The position numbers were made by a program, and so were the translations under genes. Shown here one piece after another: positions 57,852 through 64,000 of a stretch of 64,000 nt of DNA. Source of the stretch: an uncultured Gemmatimonadales bacterium. GTDB taxonomy: Bacteria; ARS69. The DNA is taken from the NCBI GenBank assembly GCA_963725045.1, contig CAVRWY010000014.1:305-64304 (forward strand), in the 5' to 3' direction. The stretch's first letter is position 1; each line of letters opens with the position of its first letter. A model generated the notes under the pieces. That model was not told the DNA's origin. It saw nothing but the letters and a program-made list of their open reading frames with translations, and searched no databases.

Positions 57852-58750
57852 GCTCCGACGTCTTGGACGCACAAGCGGTTCTCGCGCGGTTCGCTCCGTC
57901 GATCGCGCGCGCGCTGGAGAACGCGCTTCCGGAAGGGGCAGGGCCGTCGCGCCGCTTGTTCGAAGCGATGCGCTACAGCGTTCTGGCCGGCGGAAAGCGG
58001 TTGCGTCCCGCGCTGTGCCTCGCGTCGTGCGAGGCGGTGGGCGGAGATCCGGAGCACGCGGCGTCCGCGGCGATCGCGATCGAGTTGGTGCACACGTACT
58101 CGCTGGTGCACGACGACTTGCCCAGCATGGACGACGACGATCTTCGCCGCGGGCGTCCCACGAATCACAAGGTGTACGGCGAGGCGTTCGCGATTCTCGC
58201 CGGGGACGGGCTGCTCACGCTCGCGTTCGAAGTGATCGCCGAAGATTCGCCGCACGTTTCGGCGCAAGCGCGGCTGGAAATGATCCGCGTGCTCGCGAAC
58301 GCGTCGGGATGCCGCGGCATGGTCGGTGGCCAAGCGGTCGACCTGGACTCCGAGGGCGCCGCCGACGTGGATCTCCCCACGCTGCAGTTCATTCATACGC
58401 GAAAGACCGGGTCCCTGTTCGGGGCGTCGTGCCGCATCGGCGGTCTCGCCGGCGGGGCGGGTGCGAACGAGACCGCGCTCCTCGGGAAGCTCGGGGAAAA
58501 ACTGGGGCTCGCGTTCCAGATCGTGGACGATATCCTCGACGAGACCGGGAAGTCGGAGAAAATGGGCAAGGCTTCAGGGAAGGATCGCGCGCGGGGCAAG
58601 GCGACGTATCCGCGCATTCTCGGAATGGAGGAGTCGAGGCGCCGCGTGGAAGAGCTTGGCCGCAACGCGGGGGACATCGCCGGGGAGTTCGGCGATCGGG
58701 GGCGCGCGCTCGGCGCCTTGGCCCGCTTCGTCGTGGAGCGCTCGTCGTGA
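57848..58750 (+). CDS. ispA: polyprenyl diphosphate synthase (farnesyl/geranylgeranyl-PP synthase)
   Basis: …ELVHTYSLVHDDLPSMDDDDLRRGRPT… (FARM) and …FQIVDDILD… (SARM). Confidence 0.8.
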   Translation: MSSDVLDAQAVLARFAPSIARALENALPEGAGPSRRLFEAMRYSVLAGGKRLRPALCLASCEAVGGDPEHAASAAIAIELVHTYSLVHDDLPSMDDDDLRRGRPTNHKVYGEAFAILAGDGLLTLAFEVIAEDSPHVSAQARLEMIRVLANASGCRGMVGGQAVDLDSEGAADVDLPTLQFIHTRKTGSLFGASCRIGGLAGGAGANETALLGKLGEKLGLAFQIVDDILDETGKSEKMGKASGKDRARGKATYPRILGMEESRRRVEELGRNAGDIAGEFGDRGRALGALARFVVERSS

Positions 58751-58781
58751 GCGAAACCGGACTGGATCTCCCGTGGACTTG

Positions 58782-59228
58782 ATGGCATCCTTCCCGATCT
58801 CGAAACCTCTGGTCCTGGCTGCGGCCAGCTCGGGCGCAGCCCAGCTGACGAAGTTCCTGGTGTACTGGGGACGTGAAGGGCGGGTGAACTTCAAGCGTCT
58901 CGTGGAAATGGGGGGAATGCCCAGCGCGCACTCCGCCTCGGTCGCGGCTCTTTCGACCGCCGTCGCGCTCGACGAAGGGGTTCGATCCACGCTGTTCGGG
59001 ATCACCGTGTTCTTCAGTTTTCTCACCATGTACGACGCCGCCGGAATTCGCCGATCGGCGGGAAGGCAAGCCGAAGTCTTGAATCGAATCGTGGACGATC
59101 TCCAGGCGAGCGGTCGGGTTCGCGAGGAGCGTTTGCTGGAGCTCTTGGGTCACACGCCGTTCGAAGTGTTGGTGGGAGCGACGTTCGGTGTGGTGTTCGC
59201 GCTCGCCGCGAACCGGCTTTGGGTTTGA
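58782..59228 (+). CDS. divergent PAP2/acid-phosphatase-like (DUF212, YuiD family) membrane protein
   Basis: …GGMPSAHSASVAALSTAVAL…FFSFLTMYDAAGIRRSAGRQAE…. Confidence 0.55.
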   Translation: MASFPISKPLVLAAASSGAAQLTKFLVYWGREGRVNFKRLVEMGGMPSAHSASVAALSTAVALDEGVRSTLFGITVFFSFLTMYDAAGIRRSAGRQAEVLNRIVDDLQASGRVREERLLELLGHTPFEVLVGATFGVVFALAANRLWV

Positions 59229-59242
59229 GCGGAGGGGAAGAC

Positions 59243-61146
59243 GTGGAGCGAATTCTCGATAAGATCGACGACCCGGCGGCGCTGAAGCGGCTCGATCCGG
59301 AGGAGCTGCGCACGCTGTGCGGCGAGATCCGCGAAGAGATCATCGAGACGGTCTCGCGGACCGGCGGCCATCTGGGGGCATCGCTCGGCGCCGTGGAGAT
59401 CACCGTCGCGGTCCATCGCGTGTACGACTCTCCCAAAGATCGCATCGTCTGGGACGTCGGGCACCAAGCGTACGGCCACAAGCTGCTCACCGGACGCCGC
59501 AAGCGCTTCGGCACGCTGCGCCAGTACGGCGGCATCTCCGGGTTTCCCGTGCGCCATGAGTCGGAGCACGACGCGTTCGGCGTGGCCCATGCCGGGACCT
59601 CGATCTCCGCCGGGCTGGGCATGGCGACGGCGTTCGAGGCCAAGGGACAGAGCTCGCGCGTGGTGTGCATCATCGGCGACGGTGGGCTCACTTGTGGAAT
59701 GGCGTTCGAAGCGCTGAACCAAGCGGGGCACTTGAAGAAGGACCTCGTCGTCATCCTGAACGACAACAAGTGGTCCATCTCCAAGAACGTCGGCGCGCTG
59801 TCCACGTATCTCACGCGTCTCACCTCGGCGCCGCTCTACCGGCGGCTGGAAGAAGACGTCTACGAGCTCTTGGGCAAGATCCCCAAGGGGCAGAAGGCGC
59901 GCGACATCGCCCATCGCATCAAGGAGAGCCTGAAGAACCTCATCGTCCCCGGAGTGATGTTCGAGGAGCTCGGCTTCAAGTACTACGGTCCCATCGACGG
60001 CCACGATCTCGAGGAGCTCATCTCTACGCTGGAGCACTTGAGGGAGCAGCGCGGGCCGATCCTCCTCCATGCCGTCACCGAGAAGGGGAAGGGCTACCCG
60101 TTCGCGCCCACGTCGAAGACGCGCTCGCACGGGCTTCCGCCCAAGACCGATCCGCCGGCGAAGGATGCAGAAGCCGGCGAAGGCCTACACCGAGATCTTC
60201 GGGGAAGTGCTCGTGGAGCTCGGCGAGCGGGATCCGAAAGTCGTCGCGATCACCGCCGCCATGCCCGACGGAACCGGCACGACCGCGTTCGGCGAGCGCT
60301 TTCCGGAGCGCTTCTTCGACGTGGGCATCGCCGAGCAGCACGCGGTCACGTTCGCCGCGGGGCTGGCCTGCGAAGGGATCAAGCCGGTCGTGGCGATCTA
60401 TTCCACGTTCCTGCAGCGCGCCTACGATCAGGTCGTGCACGACGTCGCATTGCAGAGCCTTCCGGTTCGCTTCGTCCTGGATCGCGGGGGCCTCGTCGGC
60501 GACGACGGTCCCACGCATCACGGAGTGTTCGACCTGGCGTATCTGCGCTGCTTGCCGAACTTCGTGATCATGTCCCCGAAGGACGAGAACGAGCTGCGGC
60601 ACATGGTGTACACGCAGCTGCAGTACGACGAAGGCCCCAGCGCGCTGCGCTATCCGCGCGGATCGGCGGAAGGAGTGGCGCTGGACCGCGAGCTTCGCGC
60701 GATTCCCATCGGCGAGGCGGAAGTACTTCGCCACGGTGGAGACGTCGCGATCGTGGCCTTGGGATCGATGGTGGCGCCGTCGATGGAGGCGGCCCGGATG
60801 CTCGCCGACGAAGGAATCTCCTGCGCGGTCGTGAACGCGCGCTTCGTGAAGCCGCTGGACGAAGATCTGATCCTCGATTTCGCATCGCGCGTGGAGCACC
60901 TCGTCACCGTCGAGGAAGCGCAGCGCGCCGGCGGATTCGGCAGCGCCGTCGCCGAGCTGGTGCAGGATCGCGGCGTCGCTGGATTGCCGCATCACCTCGA
61001 TCGCGATCTCCGACGGATTCGTCGAGCACGCGAAGCCCGGCGTGCAGCGGGCTAACGCGGGGCTCAGCGCGGACGCGATCGCGCGTCGCGTGCGCGAAGC
61101 GATCGCGGAGAGCCGATCGGGCTCGCGGCGAGCCGCCAAGCCATCT
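59243..61146 (+). CDS. dxs: 1-deoxy-D-xylulose-5-phosphate synthase, >=2 frameshifts (~60165, ~60995)
   Basis: GGAGGGG lies upstream of GTG 59243. …[21 protein letters not shown]…[14 protein letters not shown]… in one frame, …[21 protein letters not shown]…[36 protein letters not shown]… in a second, and the tail …[34 protein letters not shown] in a third. Confidence 0.75.
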
Positions 61147-61171
61147 GACGCATGCCGGGGAGGCGGAGCGC

Positions 61172-62880
61172 GTGCTCGTCGAGCTCTCGATCCGCGACCT
61201 CGCTCTCATTCCCAAGCTGCGCATCTCCTTCGGCCGGGGCCTGAACGTCCTCTCGGGCGAGACCGGCGCGGGAAAGTCTCTCATCGTCGGCAGCCTGCGT
61301 CTGCTCTGCGGCGAGAAGCCGGCCGAGGATGCGATTCGCGAGGGTGCCGCCAGCGCGCGCGTGGAAGGCGTGTTCGAGCTCGACCCGCAAGGATGGATCG
61401 CGCGCGAGCTGGAAGACGGTGGGCATCCCCGTCGAAGACGGAGAGCTGGTGCTCTCGCGGGAGATCGCCAGCTCGGGGCGCGGTCGCATTCGCGCGAACG
61501 GGGTGACGCTCGCTCGCGCCGATCTCGAGCGCGTCTCCGCGCTGCTCGTCGATCTGCACGGCCAGCACGATCACCAACTTCTTCTTCGTCCCGCGGAGCA
61601 GCTCGACGCGCTCGACGAGTCCGCCGGGCTTCTGGACGCGCGCGCCGAAGTCGCGTCCTTGTTCCGCGCGTGGAAGGACGCCCGCCAAGAGCGGCGCGCG
61701 CGGGAAGAGTCGTCGCGCGAAGGCGAGGAGCGCCGTGAGCTTCGCCGCTTCCAGCTCCGCGAGCTCGACGCGGCCGATCCGAAGACCGGGGAGCTTGCCG
61801 CGCTCGAAGCCGAGCGCCGCCGCCTCGAGGGCGCGGAGTTGCTGCGCACCACAGCCGGCGCGGTGGCCGACGCGGTGCTGGAGTCCGAGGGTTCGGTCCA
61901 CGACGTCGCCGCGGGTCTCGTGGCACGCGCCGAAGATGCGGCGGCGCAGGATCCGCAGTGGGAGTCGCGTCGCCGAGGATCTGGAAGCGCTCCGCATCCA
62001 AGCGCAGGAGATCGGCCGAGCGGCGCGGGACCGCGGCCGTGCCGTCGTCGACGATCCGGAGCGGCTGGAAGAAGTCCGCGCGCGGATCCGTCTGTGGCGG
62101 GATCTTCTGCACAAGTACGGACCCGAGGAGCGAACGGTGCTCGAGCTTCGCGAAGACGCTTCGCGCAGAGGCGCAGGATCCCGAGGCGGCGACGCGTGCG
62201 CTGGAGAGCGCTCGGGAGCGGGAAACGGAGATCTCTGCTAAACTGCTCCGTTCCGGTGCGGAGCTTGCGCGCAAACGGCGAGCGAGCACGCGGACGTTCG
62301 AGAAACAGATGGTGCGCGCTCTCGCACATCTCGGAATCGACGGAGCCCGGTTCGAAGTTCAGTGGTCGGCTCGCGAGAACGGGGAGCCGGTCGGCGAAAG
62401 AGACGACGCTCCGCTCGCGGGAGCCTCCGGTTTCGACGCGGCCGAGATTCCTCTTTTCCGCGAATCCCGGAGAGAGCCCGCGGCCGTTGCGGCGCGTCGC
62501 TTCGGGAGGCGAGATTTCGCGCGTCATGCTGGCGCTCAAGTCGATTCTGGGGACGAAGCGGGGAACGGCCACGATGGTCTTCGACGAGATCGATCTGGGC
62601 GTCGGGGGAACGGTCGCCGGACGCCTCGGAGAGGCGCTGGAGAAGCTGGCCGCGGAGCGACAGGTGTTGTGCATCACGCACCTGGCGCCGATCGCGAGCC
62701 GCGCCGAGCGTTCACTTGCGGGTGCGCAAGATCGAAGAGGGAGGGCGCAGCGTGACCACCGTCGAGCGAGTCGACGGCGACGAGCGGGTGCGGGAGATCG
62801 CGCGCATGCTCGGCGGGGCCTCCCCGAAGGGGATCGCCGCCGAGCACGCCCGTGAGCTCCTGCGCGGAGGGCGCACGTGA
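61172..62880 (+). CDS. recN: DNA repair protein RecN, ~6 frameshifts
   Basis: GGGGAGG lies upstream of GTG 61172. LVELSIRDLALIPKLRISFGRGLNVLSGETGAGKSLIV… Walker A; the middle coiled-coil and C-terminal …GGEISRVMLALKSILG…MVFDEIDLGVGG…LCITHLAPIA… are spread over three frames. Confidence 0.7.
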
Positions 62881-63402
62881 ACGGACCGAACGCACTCTCG
62901 CTCTCCCGCATCGCGCTCACTCCGGTCGCCGCGGTGCTGTGTCGCGAAGGGCTCCTCGCTCGCGTTCGTGGTGATCGCGATCGCGCTCTTCACCGACTTC
63001 TTGGACGGCGCGCTCGCGCGCCGCCGTCAGGCGCTCCACCGATCTCGGACGATTCCTCGATCCGCTCGCCGACAAGGTGCTCGCCGCCGGCGTGCTCGGC
63101 GCGCTCGCGGCGTCGGGGAGAATCGCGTGGGAGATCGCGCTCGCCGCGATGGTGCGCGACGGTGCGCTGCTCGCGTACGGATGGCTCCGGCTTCGCGCGG
63201 GAGATTCCGTGCCGCCGGCGAGTCTGCCGGAAAGATCGCGTTCGCCGCGTTGGGCGTCTATCTCTTGATCTGCGTCGCCGGGAGTTTCGCTGCCGTCGTG
63301 GATCGGAGCCGTGGTCGTCGTCTCTACGTTCTCACCGGAATCCTGTACGGCGCGCGCGCGCCGTGGGTCCTTCCCGGGCGCGTCGCGAAGGAGCCTCGGT
63401 GA
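62877..63402 (+). CDS. pgsA: CDP-diacylglycerol--glycerol-3-phosphate 3-phosphatidyltransferase, >=3 frameshifts
   Basis: NALSLSRIALTPVAAVL… / VVIAIALFTDFLDGALARRRQA / DLGRFLDPLADKVLAAGVLGALAASG… segments lie in different frames. Confidence 0.6.
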
Positions 63403-64000
63403 TCCGTCCCTCGCGCGAGGAGTTCCGTGCGCTCGCGCGACCCGGACGACGCGTTCCCGTGATGCGCGAGATCTTGGCGGACACGGAGACTCCGGTCTCC
63501 GCGTTCCTGAAGATCGCCGACGGCGATCATGCGTTCCTGCTCGAGAGCGTGGAGAGCGGGGAGACGCTGGTCGCGCTACTCGATCCTGGGGACGGATCCC
63601 ACCTCGGTCTACGTCGCGCGCGGCGGCCGCGCGGAAGTCGCCGGCGCCAAGGGCCGTCGCTCGCGCACGGTGGACGATCCACTGGAAGAGCTGGCGCGCT
63701 GGCAGCGTGCGCAGGATCCGGTGGAGATCGACGGGCTGCCGCCGTTCTGGGGAGGCGCCGTCGGATTTCTCGCGTACGACGCGGTCCGTGCGTTCGAGCG
63801 GGTCGGAACGGAAGCGAAGGACGATCTCGGCGTGCCCGACGCGGTGTTCCTGTTCATGGACACGGTGGTCGTCTTCGACAATCTCTCGCTCACGCTCAAG
63901 GTCATCGCCAGCGCCACCGCCGGGAAGAACCCCGACGCCGCCTACGACGATTGCTTGCGGCGCATCGACACGCATCGTGGCCAAGCTGGAGGGACCTCTC
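63399..64000 (+). CDS. trpE: anthranilate synthase component I, 5' part (runs off window), frameshifted
   Basis: IRPSREEFRALARPGRRVPVMREILADTETPVSAFLKIADGDHAFLLESVESGE in one frame. Subsequent TrpE-like segments (…VDDPLEELARWQ…FWGGAVGFLAYDAVRAFE…VFLFMDTVVVFDNLS…) are in other frames. Confidence 0.6.
   Translation, partial: MIRPSREEFRALARPGRRVPVMREILADTETPVSAFLKIADGDHAFLLESVESGETLVALLDPGDGSHLGLRRARRPRGSRRRQGPSLAHGGRSTGRAGALAACAGSGGDRRAAAVLGRRRRISRVRRGPCVRAGRNGSEGRSRRARRGVPVHGHGGRLRQSLAHAQGHRQRHRREEPRRRLRRLLAAHRHASWPSWRDL

Noticed and set aside
1-64000. CRISPR arrays, rRNA genes, transposases, integrases and phage genes
   Set aside because: No short regularly spaced direct repeats, rRNA-like sequence or recognisable mobile-element proteins were seen anywhere in the window. 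The only tyrosine recombinase is the housekeeping XerC/D embedded in a conserved operon.

Overview
High-GC (~70%) bacterial chromosomal window. It holds about 70 protein-coding genes, three tRNAs (Ala-GGC and Leu-CAA divergent at 12.5-12.75 kb; Val-GAC at 49.2 kb) and no rRNA, CRISPR array or recognisable transposase/integrase gene. The 36-64 kb half is a conserved housekeeping block on the + strand, much of it joined by 4-nt overlaps: murJ-uvrC-ogt-xerD, scpAB, rluB, DAHP synthase, aroA, cmk, plsC, rpsA, tRNA-Val, infC, rplT, pheST, zapBA, ymdB, folD, xseAB, ispA, dxs, recN, pgsA, trpE. The first half is accessory-like. It has a cluster of disrupted genes (DUF488, uppP, CDF transporter, queG remnant), a TPR/DUF1736 membrane protein, XdhC and a membrane sulfatase. 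It also has a GT2 + radical-SAM/SPASM pair, a PNAG-like exopolysaccharide locus (pgaD-pgaC-pgaA-like-deacetylase), YceI and pgi-glk. The most notable system is a compact bacterial microcompartment (BMC) locus at 31.2-35.6 kb of the aldolase (PVM-like) type. It has 2 BMC-H, 1 BMC-T and 3 BMC-P shell genes. Its CoA-acylating aldehyde dehydrogenase carries an N-terminal amphipathic helix, and its class II aldolase a matching C-terminal one; both resemble encapsulation peptides. A ~1.1 kb non-coding leader precedes it. That leader contains one copy of a ~230-bp MITE-like repeat bounded by terminal inverted repeats; a second, inverted copy sits at 5.9 kb. Many genes show single-base frameshifts, including essential ones (pheS, pheT, dxs, recN), often in GCGC runs and clustered at 0-3.5, 26.8-35.6 and 50.4-64 kb. 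These most likely reflect indel errors in the assembly, so coordinates of disrupted genes are approximate.
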